DNA from: Sporomusaceae bacterium
Lineage (GTDB): Bacteria > Bacillota > Negativicutes > UBA1444
Length of the DNA stretch: 64,000 nt
Reading direction: 5' to 3'
Assembly (NCBI GenBank): GCA_018434355.1
Contig: JAHDPL010000029.1
Coordinates: 1,127-65,126 of the forward strand
Shown one piece after another: positions 9,193 through 18,423 of the stretch. The notes under the pieces are model-generated. The model was not told the DNA's origin, did no database searches, and worked only from the letters and a program-made list of their open reading frames with translations. The position numbers were made by a program, and so were the translations under genes. How positions within the stretch are numbered: position 1 is the stretch's first letter; the number at the start of each line of letters is the position of its first letter.

Positions 9193-9390
9193 GTGACGAT
9201 AGTGAAAAAGACGACGAAGGTTATGGAATTGACTCCTGGAATGGTAGTGGCGCGTTGCGTAACGGACATCAATGGGAAAGTGGTTTTATCGGAAGGGGCA
9301 GTGATTTCGGAACGGACCATCAAACGTCTGCAATCGTGGGACATTGCCGAGGTATGCATCAAGTGCTCACGAGACGACTTCGAGGCATAA
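9193..9390 (+). CDS. 65-aa standalone L.PGM accessory domain (DUF3391-like; usually attached to HD-GYP proteins)
   Basis: LTPGMVVARCVTDINGKVVLSEGAVISERTIKRL aligns with the C-terminus of the 39307-40506 protein; purine-rich RBS-like sequence. Confidence 0.7.
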   Translation: MTIVKKTTKVMELTPGMVVARCVTDINGKVVLSEGAVISERTIKRLQSWDIAEVCIKCSRDDFEA

Positions 9391-9482
9391 GCAAAAATAG
9401 CGCGTTGACAGGAAAACAAAATTGATATAATGTTTAATTGAGAGGCAATTCGGATAATATTTTATTGGGGAGGTGTATTGAA

Positions 9483-9944
9483 ATGGCACGACCCAAGAAA
9501 ATCCTGGTGGCATTCGATGGTTCGCCTCACAGTAAACATGCGCTTGACTGGGCAATCGAACTGAGCCAATTGGCCAGGGGAACCATCACCGTGGTTTATG
9601 TTTCCGAACCGATGATCTTCACATCGATGTATGGTGGAGAAGGCGGCGGCGAGATCGGCAAGACCAAGATCGTTCAGGAAATGCTTGCTGAAATCGCGGA
9701 CAAGGAAAAGAAAATGCTCGAAGAAGCCAAGGTGTATTGCGAAAACCGCGCGGTTAACGTCAAAGTGGAACTCTTGCACGGCAATATTGCGCAAACGATT
9801 ATCAATTATGCAAAAGAACACCAGATGGAACTGATCATTGCCGGAACCAAGGGACATGGCGCACTGGAAGAACTGCTGATGGGCAGTGTGACCAGAAACC
9901 TTGTCAGTTTGGCGCACATTCCGGTATTGGTTGTCAAAGAGTAG
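9483..9944 (+). CDS. Universal stress protein (UspA family)
   Basis: KILVAFDGSPHS..AL and IIAGTKG......LLMGSV...LV..A..PVLVVK motifs; RBS GGGAGG; TTGACA/TATAAT promoter upstream. Confidence 0.93.
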   Translation: MARPKKILVAFDGSPHSKHALDWAIELSQLARGTITVVYVSEPMIFTSMYGGEGGGEIGKTKIVQEMLAEIADKEKKMLEEAKVYCENRAVNVKVELLHGNIAQTIINYAKEHQMELIIAGTKGHGALEELLMGSVTRNLVSLAHIPVLVVKE

Positions 9945-9952
9945 CAACAATC

Positions 9953-9994
9953 AAAGAAAGACTCCCGGCCGCATGGTCGGGAGTCTTTCTTTTT
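9953..9994 (+). terminator. Intrinsic terminator
   Basis: aaagaaagactcccggcc-gcat-ggtcgggagtctttcttttt. Confidence 0.85.
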
Positions 9995-10081
9995 CGATTG
10001 GCAAACAGGCTTGCGCAATCTCAATGAAGATGTATAATTATTAACAATGGATAAAATAAAACTCGCGAACGGAGGCGGAAC

Positions 10082-11290
10082 ATGAACAAGAAGTCACTAA
10101 GCAATACCCAGGAACTGCTGGCGGAAGCAAAGCGGTCGATCCTGTTCACCACGGTGCGGCCGGAAGTGGTGATGGAAAAAGGCGAAGGCTTGTATCTGTG
10201 GGATACTGACGGGAAAAAATATCTCGATTTTGTCGGCGGGTGGGCAGTGACGTCATTGGGGCACAGTCCGGCGGTCATCGCAAAGGCGTTGACGCGGCAG
10301 AGCGAAGTTCTCGTGAATGCCAGTCCGAGTTTTTTTAACATACCAATGATTGAATATGCACGGCTGCTTGTAGACCATACTTGTTTTGATCGGGTGTTTT
10401 TTGCCAGTAGTGGCGCCGAAGCCAACGAAGGCGCGATAAAACTGGCGCGAAAATATGGCTCGTTGTATCGTGACGGCGCTTTTGAAATCATTACCACCGT
10501 CAATAGCTTTCACGGGCGGACACTGGCCACGATGTCGGCAACAGGCAAAAAGAAATGGGAAAATCTTTTTGAACCGAAAGTGCCGGGGTTCACCCATGTA
10601 CCGCTGAATGACTTTGCGGCGCTAAAGGCGGCGGTCAATGACAGGACCTGCGCCGTGATGCTGGAACCGATTCAGGGCGAAGGCGGCGTGTTCGAGGTAG
10701 CTTCCGACTATATCCGGCAGCTGCGCAAGCTTTGCGACGAGCAGGGTATCCTGCTGATCTTCGATGAAGTTCAGACCGGGTTGGCGCGCACAGGAAAATT
10801 GTTTGCTTATGAACATTACGGCGTGGAGCCGGATGTGATGACGCTGGCAAAAGGAATTGGCGGCGGCTTTCCGCTGGCTGCGCTGCTGGTCAAGGAACGG
10901 TTCAACATCTTCGAGGCAGGCGACCAGGGCGGAACTTACTCCGGACAACCGCTTGCGATGGCGGTCGGGTTGGCGGTGATGCAGGAGGTTTTGGCGAAAA
11001 AACTGGCGGACAATGCAGCAATGCAGGGTGAGTACATCCAGAAAAAACTTCACGAATTGGCCGCGCGTTTCCAGCTGACTAACATCCGAGGCAAAGGCTT
11101 GTTGATCGCGTTTGATTTGCCGACGGAGCAAGGCGCTGCAGTGGTGGCTGCCTGTCTGCGTCAGGGTCTGCTTGTCAATTCGCCGCAACCGGCCATGATC
11201 CGGCTGATGCCGGCGTTGATAGTCACTACTGCAGAAATCGATGCGATGACGCAAATCCTGGCAAATGTTCTGCAGGAAGTCCTGGGCTGA
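10082..11290 (+). CDS. argD: Acetylornithine/succinylornithine aminotransferase (class III PLP)
   Basis: SGAEANEGAIKLAR, SFHGRTL, EPIQGEGG, DEVQTG.ARTG and TLAKGIGGG.P motifs. Confidence 0.88.
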   Translation: MNKKSLSNTQELLAEAKRSILFTTVRPEVVMEKGEGLYLWDTDGKKYLDFVGGWAVTSLGHSPAVIAKALTRQSEVLVNASPSFFNIPMIEYARLLVDHTCFDRVFFASSGAEANEGAIKLARKYGSLYRDGAFEIITTVNSFHGRTLATMSATGKKKWENLFEPKVPGFTHVPLNDFAALKAAVNDRTCAVMLEPIQGEGGVFEVASDYIRQLRKLCDEQGILLIFDEVQTGLARTGKLFAYEHYGVEPDVMTLAKGIGGGFPLAALLVKERFNIFEAGDQGGTYSGQPLAMAVGLAVMQEVLAKKLADNAAMQGEYIQKKLHELAARFQLTNIRGKGLLIAFDLPTEQGAAVVAACLRQGLLVNSPQPAMIRLMPALIVTTAEIDAMTQILANVLQEVLG

Positions 11291-11362
11291 TTATTTGGCA
11301 GATTTTTTCGGTGCGGCGCAGCAGCGCGTGATATACTTAGCATAGCTTTCATACGAAATGTT

Positions 11363-12232
11363 TTGAGGTTTGCGATAAGAAAAATGACGAACGAATCGGT
11401 AAAATACTGGCGGTTGGCTCATCTGGCGGGAGTGGAACTGTTGCGGGCGAAATACACGACACAGGTATTTTCCCGACACATTCATGAAGGGTATGCCTTG
11501 GGCGTGATCGAGCAAGGGGCGTTGGCGTTTTCCTATCGCGGTGGACGGCTGATTGCGCCTGCAGGATCGGTAAACCTGGTGATTCCCGGCGAAGCCCATG
11601 ATGGGCAGGCGGCAACGACGGCCGGATGGTCTTACCGGATGTTTTACCTGAATTCGGATTTATTGGAGCAAGCGACCTATGAGCTGTTTGGTAAAGAACG
11701 CCGTCCGTACTTTTCGGCCGGCGTTCTTTATGACTCTGAATTGGCCCGGCAAATCCTGCTGACTCACCGTTGCATGGAGACGTCCGAAAATACAGCATTG
11801 GAGCAGAATTCACGATTGGTTTCGTTACTTGCCGCGTTTATTTCCAGACACTCCGAGCAAAGCGCCGAGCAGGGTGAACCGCGAAAAGATGCGCGTGCGG
11901 TGGAGCTGGTGCGACAATACATTGAGGAACATTACGCCGAAAACATCATGCTGCAAAATCTTGTCCAGACATCTCATCTGAGCGGTTTTCATTTGATTCG
12001 CCTATTTAGGAGCACGGTCGGCGTACCGCCGCATGTTTTCCTGAAACAAGTTCGTATTCGCCGGGCCAGCCAGTTTATCGCTCAGGGAATGACACTGGCG
12101 GAGGCGGCGCAGACTGCGGGATTTGTCGATCAGAGCCATTTTACCCGCCAATTCAAGCAGATTACCGGAATCACTCCCCGGCAATATAGCAATTCCATAC
12201 AATACGGGGTCGCTTCACATACGATAATATGA
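11363..12232 (+). CDS. AraC family regulator with cupin sensing domain
   Basis: F.RH.HE.Y..G.I cupin, PGEAHDG, and C-terminal double HTH A...AGF.DQSHFTR.FK. Confidence 0.92.
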   Translation: MRFAIRKMTNESVKYWRLAHLAGVELLRAKYTTQVFSRHIHEGYALGVIEQGALAFSYRGGRLIAPAGSVNLVIPGEAHDGQAATTAGWSYRMFYLNSDLLEQATYELFGKERRPYFSAGVLYDSELARQILLTHRCMETSENTALEQNSRLVSLLAAFISRHSEQSAEQGEPRKDARAVELVRQYIEEHYAENIMLQNLVQTSHLSGFHLIRLFRSTVGVPPHVFLKQVRIRRASQFIAQGMTLAEAAQTAGFVDQSHFTRQFKQITGITPRQYSNSIQYGVASHTII

Positions 12233-12272
12233 CAGCGGATAAAAAATCGTATAGGCAAGGAGATGAGCCCTA

Positions 12273-12941
12273 ATGTTACAAGTGAGCGAAATGTGGCGGC
12301 AGTCATTCCCCGGCGCAAGCGTCGGCTTGCTGGTTCTCGACCAGGTGAGCAATCCGGCCTTCAGTGAGGCGCTGGAGGAACAGAAGCGCGCCGTGGAGCA
12401 GGGGCTGCGCGAGAGATTCGTTGACCGGCAAAGTTTAATCAACGATCCGGTCATGTGCGCTTATGCCGGCTATTACAAGAAGTTTGGCAAGACCTATCAT
12501 GTGCAGCAACAACTGGACTCGGTCATTTTCAAAGGGAAGAGCATCCCGGCGGTGGCGGGGTTGGTCGAGGCGATGTTCATGGCCGAACTGAACAGCGGTC
12601 TGTTGACGGCGGGACATGATTGGCAGGCGTTGCAACATCCGTTGACGCTAGATGTGACTGGCCCGGATGAGCAGTATGTGCTGATGAACGGAAACCTGCA
12701 GGTTGTAAAGCAAAACGACATGAGAATCAGCGATGCTGCCGGCATCATTTCAAGTATCATTTGCGGTCCGGATCAACGTACTTGCATCTTGCCGAGCACA
12801 CAAAAGGTCGCCTATGTTGTCTACGCACCGGCGGGGATTGGGCAAGAGGCGGTTTTTCAACACCTGTCGGAAATTCATAGCTATGTGAACTTGTTTTGCA
12901 AGCATGCAGCGGTGGCATTGCAACAGGTTTATATCGCCTGA
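12273..12941 (+). CDS. Standalone B3/B4 (PheRS beta editing-like) domain protein
   Basis: Y..YYKKFGKTY.V..QL.S, IP.V..LV...F..EL...LLTAGHD and D..GIISSI..GPD.RT motifs. Confidence 0.78.
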   Translation: MLQVSEMWRQSFPGASVGLLVLDQVSNPAFSEALEEQKRAVEQGLRERFVDRQSLINDPVMCAYAGYYKKFGKTYHVQQQLDSVIFKGKSIPAVAGLVEAMFMAELNSGLLTAGHDWQALQHPLTLDVTGPDEQYVLMNGNLQVVKQNDMRISDAAGIISSIICGPDQRTCILPSTQKVAYVVYAPAGIGQEAVFQHLSEIHSYVNLFCKHAAVALQQVYIA

Positions 12942-13122
12942 TTTATGCTGCAATTGCCCAAGGTTCAGCAAAAAATATACTGAAACAGAAAAGGCTTCCG
13001 GCCAGTGATGGCAGGGAAGCCTCTTCATTCGTTCAGGGTAAAGAATTTTTCCGGCGACAAATTCGTCTAAGTGTTTTCGCAGAGGATGGCGATAATTTGT
13101 GGAATGCACAGGGAGAAGCTGC

Positions 13123-13884
13123 TTACTTTCCGAATGAAAGCGTTTCGCCATCGGCAGGAATCGACAGGCGGTCTCGCAATGGGTGGTTGGCAAAATAGCG
13201 CTGGAAATCTTCGCGGGTTTCCAGGCAGTGATTGATTGAATCCAGATGGACGATGACGACGTGGCTGGTGGGGGAAAAACGCAGGACGCTTTCCGCATCC
13301 GCCGCTGTCATGGTGATTGGGTCGCCAACCACAAAGCGGGCACCGCCGCCATTGACGACGATGACGTCCGGTTGGCAGCGGTCGAGTGCAGTTTCCACCT
13401 CGTTACAATAAATGGTATCGCCGGCGATATATAAACTCGGTTCAGTAGCAGTGGACAGCACAAAGCCGGAAACCGGCGCCATTTTTTCGCCGATTTCTCC
13501 TGTGCCGTGCCGACCGCCGGTTCGTTTCAGTTGGATGCCTTCCCAGACAAAAATATCGTCTATCGGCAGTACGACAGAAAAGCCGAGTTCTTTCAGTTTC
13601 GCTTCATCAGCCGGTTGACAGAGCAACGGTTTATGCTTGGGCAGTAGCTGCGCAGCGGCATCATCAAAGTGGTCGCGGTGCGTGTGGGTCAATAGGACGG
13701 TATCCAGGAGTTCCAGATAATTGGTTGGGGCGGTTAGCGGCGTCAATGGGTTGCGTCGGTCGTTCGCCGAGTTGATGATCGGCGGCATGGCTGCCTGCTC
13801 GCTGAGCATCGGGTCGACCAGCAAGGTTTTGCCGCCGTATTCGATTAACAGAGTCGCATGGCGCAATAACTGGATTTTCATCAA
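13123..13884 (-). CDS. MBL-fold metallo-hydrolase
   Basis: LLVDPML, THTHRDHFD, HGTG, YIAGDT and VH...INHC motifs. Confidence 0.88.
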   Translation of the reverse strand: MMKIQLLRHATLLIEYGGKTLLVDPMLSEQAAMPPIINSANDRRNPLTPLTAPTNYLELLDTVLLTHTHRDHFDDAAAQLLPKHKPLLCQPADEAKLKELGFSVVLPIDDIFVWEGIQLKRTGGRHGTGEIGEKMAPVSGFVLSTATEPSLYIAGDTIYCNEVETALDRCQPDVIVVNGGGARFVVGDPITMTAADAESVLRFSPTSHVVIVHLDSINHCLETREDFQRYFANHPLRDRLSIPADGETLSFGK

Positions 13885-13923
13885 TGATGCACCCCTCTTT
13901 TTTATAATTTAAATTTTTGCTGA

Positions 13924-14667
13924 TTATGATTTGGACAGGACGGACCAGATCATTGCCAAACTGCTCAACAAGACCATGATCAGTGAGCACTTGCGCAGGG
14001 TCGTCGCACTGATTCGGGCAAACATCCGCTCGCCGGCGTAGAATCCGATAGCCAGGGCTGGCACGGCAAGCAGTGTGTAGAGCCACAGGTCGCCAAAACG
14101 CAGGGTTCCGGCGATATAAGAAAATACAATCGAGGCCAGGTTGATCAACAAAAAATAACGGGTCAGGTTTGCCCGAAACTCCACTCGGTTGTTTTCGGCA
14201 TTGGCGTTCAGGTAATACAATACGATCGGCGGACCATTGATGCCGGTGGTGGTCGACAAAAAGCCGCTGAACAGTCCAATCAGGCTTTCGGCGAATTTGT
14301 TGTGACGCAGCGGCAGAGAAAAGTTTTTCCAGAGCAGGCCGGTAAACAGCAGAAGCAGAACAGCGATGAATAATTTCAAGCCGTCATTGCTGATTCGGGT
14401 CATTACATAAGCGCCGGGGATGGCGCCGATGATGCTGGCGGCGGCGATGAAAAAAATCGCCCGAAAGTCGCCTTGATTGCGGGTGGCACGGAATAAAAAC
14501 AGGCGGATAATCAGGCCGGTCAACATCACCAGCATGACCGTTTCTTTGGCGCCAAGCACCAGGGCCAACAGCGGCGCTGTAATGATAGCGTAGCCAAAGC
14601 CGGTGACCGTCTGCAAAAAACTCGACAGTATGAAGACACAAAAAATATAGGTTTCGGTGATGGCCAA
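13924..14667 (-). CDS. TauE/SafE (TSUP) family permease
   Basis: Q..TGFG and SG......GINGPP motifs; about 8 TM; TTG start at 14667 after GGAGG. Confidence 0.87.
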   Translation of the reverse strand: MAITETYIFCVFILSSFLQTVTGFGYAIITAPLLALVLGAKETVMLVMLTGLIIRLFLFRATRNQGDFRAIFFIAAASIIGAIPGAYVMTRISNDGLKLFIAVLLLLFTGLLWKNFSLPLRHNKFAESLIGLFSGFLSTTTGINGPPIVLYYLNANAENNRVEFRANLTRYFLLINLASIVFSYIAGTLRFGDLWLYTLLAVPALAIGFYAGERMFARISATTLRKCSLIMVLLSSLAMIWSVLSKS

Positions 14668-14765
14668 GCGGGCCTCCCTGTTTCCTGAAAATCGGCGACA
14701 ACCGGGTTTGCAGGAAAAAATCATGCATTGCGAGAAACTATCCTTATCCGATAGGGCAAAGGAGA

Positions 14766-15194
14766 ATGTTCATGTTTTATTTTCAATGGAAAGACTCTTA
14801 TCTGACCCATATCGACGAGTTGGACGCCCAACACCAGAAACTGGTCGCTTTGATCAACAACTTTTACACCGATTTGCTCAATTGCCCGGAGAATGCAGAA
14901 AAGCAGGCATGCATAGGAAAAACTCTGGAAGAGCTAGTTGCCTATAGCAACTACCATTTTGCGGCGGAAGAAAAACTTATGCTCGAGCATCAGTACCCTG
15001 CTTATCAGCAGCACAAACAGGAACACGAGAGCTTCAAACGGAAAGTGGCTGCACTGATGCAGACGCAAAATGAGGCCGCAAACGCCCTGCCCTTCCCGGT
15101 CGTGGTTTTTTTGCGAGACTGGCTGACAACGCACGTTATTCACACAGACAAAGAGTATGGACCATATCTGAAAGAGAGGCTGCAAAAATCATGA
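14766..15194 (+). CDS. Bacteriohemerythrin
   Basis: D.QH, HF..EE.LM, H..EH and WL..H....D di-iron ligand set. Confidence 0.93.
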   Translation: MFMFYFQWKDSYLTHIDELDAQHQKLVALINNFYTDLLNCPENAEKQACIGKTLEELVAYSNYHFAAEEKLMLEHQYPAYQQHKQEHESFKRKVAALMQTQNEAANALPFPVVVFLRDWLTTHVIHTDKEYGPYLKERLQKS

Positions 15195-15586
15195 GCGGCA
15201 TGCTGTTTATTCAGTGGACGTCCGATTCGGAACTGGGGATTCCAATTATTGACGAACAGCACAGAGGGATTGTCACGACCATCAATACGCTGCACTTCTT
15301 TTCTGCTCAGGGTCAGGGAGTCGAAGTGCTGATGCCGACTTTCAAGATTATGGAACAATACTCGATCCTGCACTTCAAACTGGAAGAGGCAATGATGCAA
15401 CAGGCTGGTTTTCCCAACTTTGCGAAACATCGACAGACTCATCGGGAACTAATCGAGAAGACAATCGCTGTGCGAACCCGGTCAACACTGGAAAACAATC
15501 CGACGTTGGCGCTGTCTTTTTTAAAGGAATGGTGGGTAGGTCACATCAAAGGTGAGGACAGGGAATATGTGCATTGGCTGAAATAG
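15191..15586 (+). CDS. Bacteriohemerythrin (second copy)
   Basis: DEQH, HFKLEE, H...H and W...HI..ED motifs; ATGA coupling with the first copy. Confidence 0.92.
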   Translation: MSGMLFIQWTSDSELGIPIIDEQHRGIVTTINTLHFFSAQGQGVEVLMPTFKIMEQYSILHFKLEEAMMQQAGFPNFAKHRQTHRELIEKTIAVRTRSTLENNPTLALSFLKEWWVGHIKGEDREYVHWLK

Positions 15587-15989
15587 TTTGTTCCTGCAGT
15601 AATTTTGCTACGGCCAAGTCGGCGCCGGCAAACTCATAGTGCGCTAATTCCGCCGGTTCAACCCAGGCGATGGCCTGGTGTTCCGACAACCGGAGGGCGG
15701 TCGGAGGAGTGAGGAGACTGGCCCAATAGGTGTATTGTCGAATTTCTCCCTGCTCATGGCAATACAGCGTTTCGCTGAACACATTGCCGATCGTCGCCGT
15801 CAAGCCCAGTTCCTCCTCAAGTTCGCGCTGAAGACATTCTTGCGGTGTTTCGCCGGGATCGATTTTACCGCCGGGAAATTCCCACTTGTTTGCAAAGCGA
15901 CCGGTATTGTTGCGTTGCGCAATCAGGATCTTTTGGTTGTGCACCAGCAGTGCGGCGGTTACCCGCAATGGATTATCCGACATCATCAA
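15546..15989 (-). CDS. NUDIX hydrolase (MutT/NudG-like)
   Basis: WEFPGGKIDPGETPQECLQRELEEELG Nudix box. Confidence 0.9.
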   Translation of the reverse strand: MMMSDNPLRVTAALLVHNQKILIAQRNNTGRFANKWEFPGGKIDPGETPQECLQRELEEELGLTATIGNVFSETLYCHEQGEIRQYTYWASLLTPPTALRLSEHQAIAWVEPAELAHYEFAGADLAVAKLLQEQTISANAHIPCPHL

Positions 15990-16081
15990 GCCCTCCGTCT
16001 GGAAAATGTATTACTCTTTGCTCATTATAGCACTTTGTTGGGTTGAAACGGCAACAGAACAAAAAGATGAGGAGGATGTTC

Positions 16082-16852
16082 ATGTTGAAAAAATTGGCTC
16101 TATTTGCGGTTGTCCTTTGTCTGACATTGGGAGTCTCGTTGGCGCAGGCGGCGCCGGATCCTTTGTTCAACTGGGCCAAGACACCAACAACCCTCACTTT
16201 CTACGGACAATCAACTTTTGTTCTGACACATGGCGAAACCCGGCTGATCATCGATCCCTGGTTGACAGGAAACCCTTGGAAAGTCGCCAGTGCCGATGAT
16301 ATCGATGTACAATACATTCTGGTTTCGCATGCCCACGGCGATCACATCGGCGATGCCGCAGGCATTGCCAAACGAACCGGCGCCAAGGTGATTTCGACAT
16401 CCGAAATCACCAGGATGCTTGCTGGACAGGGAGTGACCAACCTACATCCGATGAGTATCGGCGGCAAATGGAACTTTGAATTCGGCTGGGTCAAAATGAC
16501 CAATGCGATTCATGGCTCAGGCGTTGCCGGCGGGCAGGCAGCCGGCTTCATCATCAATTTCTACGGCAAGGTGATTTATTTTGCCGGTGATACCGCACTG
16601 TTCGGCGACATGGCTTATATCGGCAAGGCGAATCTGGACTATGCACTATTGCCGATTGGCGACAACTATACGATGGGGCCGGAGGATGCTACCGAAGCGG
16701 TGGGATTGCTGAAACCGAAAAAAGTGATTCCGATTCACTACAACACTAATCCGTTGACCAAGCAAAACCCGCAGGATTTCAAGAAAATGGTCGAGTCTCG
16801 CTATAATATTCCGGTGCTGATCATGAATCCCGGAGCGTCGATTACTCTGTAA
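16082..16852 (+). CDS. Exported metal-dependent hydrolase (UPF0173, MBL fold)
   Basis: Signal peptide ending AQA; SHAHGDHIGD, AIHGS, YFAGDT, LPIGD.YTMGP and IPIHY motifs. Confidence 0.88.
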   Translation: MLKKLALFAVVLCLTLGVSLAQAAPDPLFNWAKTPTTLTFYGQSTFVLTHGETRLIIDPWLTGNPWKVASADDIDVQYILVSHAHGDHIGDAAGIAKRTGAKVISTSEITRMLAGQGVTNLHPMSIGGKWNFEFGWVKMTNAIHGSGVAGGQAAGFIINFYGKVIYFAGDTALFGDMAYIGKANLDYALLPIGDNYTMGPEDATEAVGLLKPKKVIPIHYNTNPLTKQNPQDFKKMVESRYNIPVLIMNPGASITL

Positions 16853-17138
16853 CATCGCTTCCGGCAAAGCTTGAGGAGAGGGATGGGCTCTGTGGCGGCT
16901 GCTGCGGAGCCCATGATAATGTATACAAAACACCGGTGAAAAGGCATTGGCAGAATGTGTGTAAATTTGTATAATTTAATAGGCGTTGCATAAAACTTGA
17001 TGTTGCGGGAAAATCGCCGCGGCGAAGCGTAGCTGGAAATGCCTGAATAAATTGACAGAGCGGCTACGGGATGATATGTTGTAAACAAAGTCCGTGGGTG
17101 GGATACAGCGGGCTGATAATTAAATTAATCATTAGGAG

Positions 17139-18332
17139 ATGATGATGATTTCGAACCGATTTATGCAAAAAGCAGAAGAAATTCAGGAAGAACTGGTCCG
17201 TATCCGACGCGACATCCATTCCCATCCTGAGATTGGCTTTCAGGAAACGCGGACAGCGGCGTTGGTCGCAGATTATCTGCGGCAGCTCGGTATCGAAGTG
17301 AAAGAAAACCTCTGCGTGACAGGCGTTGTTGGCACGTTGCGGGGCAAGCACCCCGGCAAAACGGTCCTGTTACGTTCAGACATGGACTGTCTGGAAATGC
17401 AGGAACAAAACGATGTCCCCTATAAGTCGAAGTTTGACGGACGGATGCATGCCTGCGGCCACGACGCCCATACGACATGGTTGCTTGGCGCTGCCAAAAT
17501 ATTGGCCGGAATGCGGGAAGAGCTGCATGGCAATGTTAAGTTTTTATTCCAACCTGCCGAAGAAACAGACGGCGGGGCCAAACAGATGATTGCCGAAGGC
17601 GCGATGGAAGACCCCAAAGTCGATGCCGCCATCGGCGCCCATGTCTGGCCGACGGTGGAAGCCGGCAAGATTGCTGTGAAATACGGACCGATGATGGCTT
17701 CGCCGGATATGATCAAGATTACGATCTTTGGCAAGGGCGGGCACGGAGCAGAGCCGCACAACTGTGTCGATCCTATTTCGGTGGCCTGCCAGGTTTATTT
17801 TGGTTTCCAAACGATCATCAGCCGTCGGATCAGCCCGGTAGAGCCGGCAGTCCTCACCATTAGCCAGTTCAATGCAGGCACTGCGCACAACATCATTCCC
17901 GACAAAGTGGAACTGGTCGGCACGGTCAGGACATTTTCTTTCGAGATGAAAGACAAGATGCGCACCATGATGGACGGGGTGCTTCGTTCAATTACCGAGG
18001 CGAACGGCGCCACTTATAAATTTGAATATCTGCCGCACTATCCGCCGGTCATAAATGATGAAGTGATGACTGCGTTGGTCGAGTCGACAGCTAAAACCGT
18101 GCTTGGCGACGAAAATGTCCTTCGGCAGGATAAACCGACGATGGGCGCGGAAGACTTCTCCTATTTCCAACAACATGTTCCCGGTTCATATTTCACTGTC
18201 GGCACCTTGAATACTGAACAGGGAATTGTGAAACCGTTGCACAACCCACAATTCAACATTGACGAGACAATTCTTCACAAAACTGCAGCAGTGTTGGCGG
18301 CCAGCGCCGTGGCGTTTCTGAACGGAAAATAG
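17139..18332 (+). CDS. M20D amidohydrolase
   Basis: RRDIH.HPE, RSDMDCL, MHACGHDAH, FQPAEE, GGHGA.PH, AEDFS and LHNP.F motifs. Confidence 0.92.
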   Translation: MMMISNRFMQKAEEIQEELVRIRRDIHSHPEIGFQETRTAALVADYLRQLGIEVKENLCVTGVVGTLRGKHPGKTVLLRSDMDCLEMQEQNDVPYKSKFDGRMHACGHDAHTTWLLGAAKILAGMREELHGNVKFLFQPAEETDGGAKQMIAEGAMEDPKVDAAIGAHVWPTVEAGKIAVKYGPMMASPDMIKITIFGKGGHGAEPHNCVDPISVACQVYFGFQTIISRRISPVEPAVLTISQFNAGTAHNIIPDKVELVGTVRTFSFEMKDKMRTMMDGVLRSITEANGATYKFEYLPHYPPVINDEVMTALVESTAKTVLGDENVLRQDKPTMGAEDFSYFQQHVPGSYFTVGTLNTEQGIVKPLHNPQFNIDETILHKTAAVLAASAVAFLNGK

Positions 18333-18423
18333 ATACCACCCCGGGCTTTATGTTGATCTGCACTATGCTTGCGGCATGGCGGAGTCAATGTTGAGTTAAT
18401 AAAATTTTTATGGAGGTGTTTTC

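Noticed and set aside
9998-10014. TGGCA...TTGC sigma-54-like element upstream of argD
   Set aside because: GG-to-GC spacing is 11 rather than 10; a SigA-like TTGCGC...TGTATAAT explains the region
12896-13198. 100-aa ORF spanning the B3/B4-MBL intergenic region
   Set aside because: Overlaps both neighbours, crosses a terminator-like hairpin, and has no RBS or motif
16883-16914. GC-rich hairpin in the 16852-17139 intergenic region as a possible riboswitch or sRNA
   Set aside because: A single hairpin without a recognisable aptamer consensus; most simply a terminator-like element
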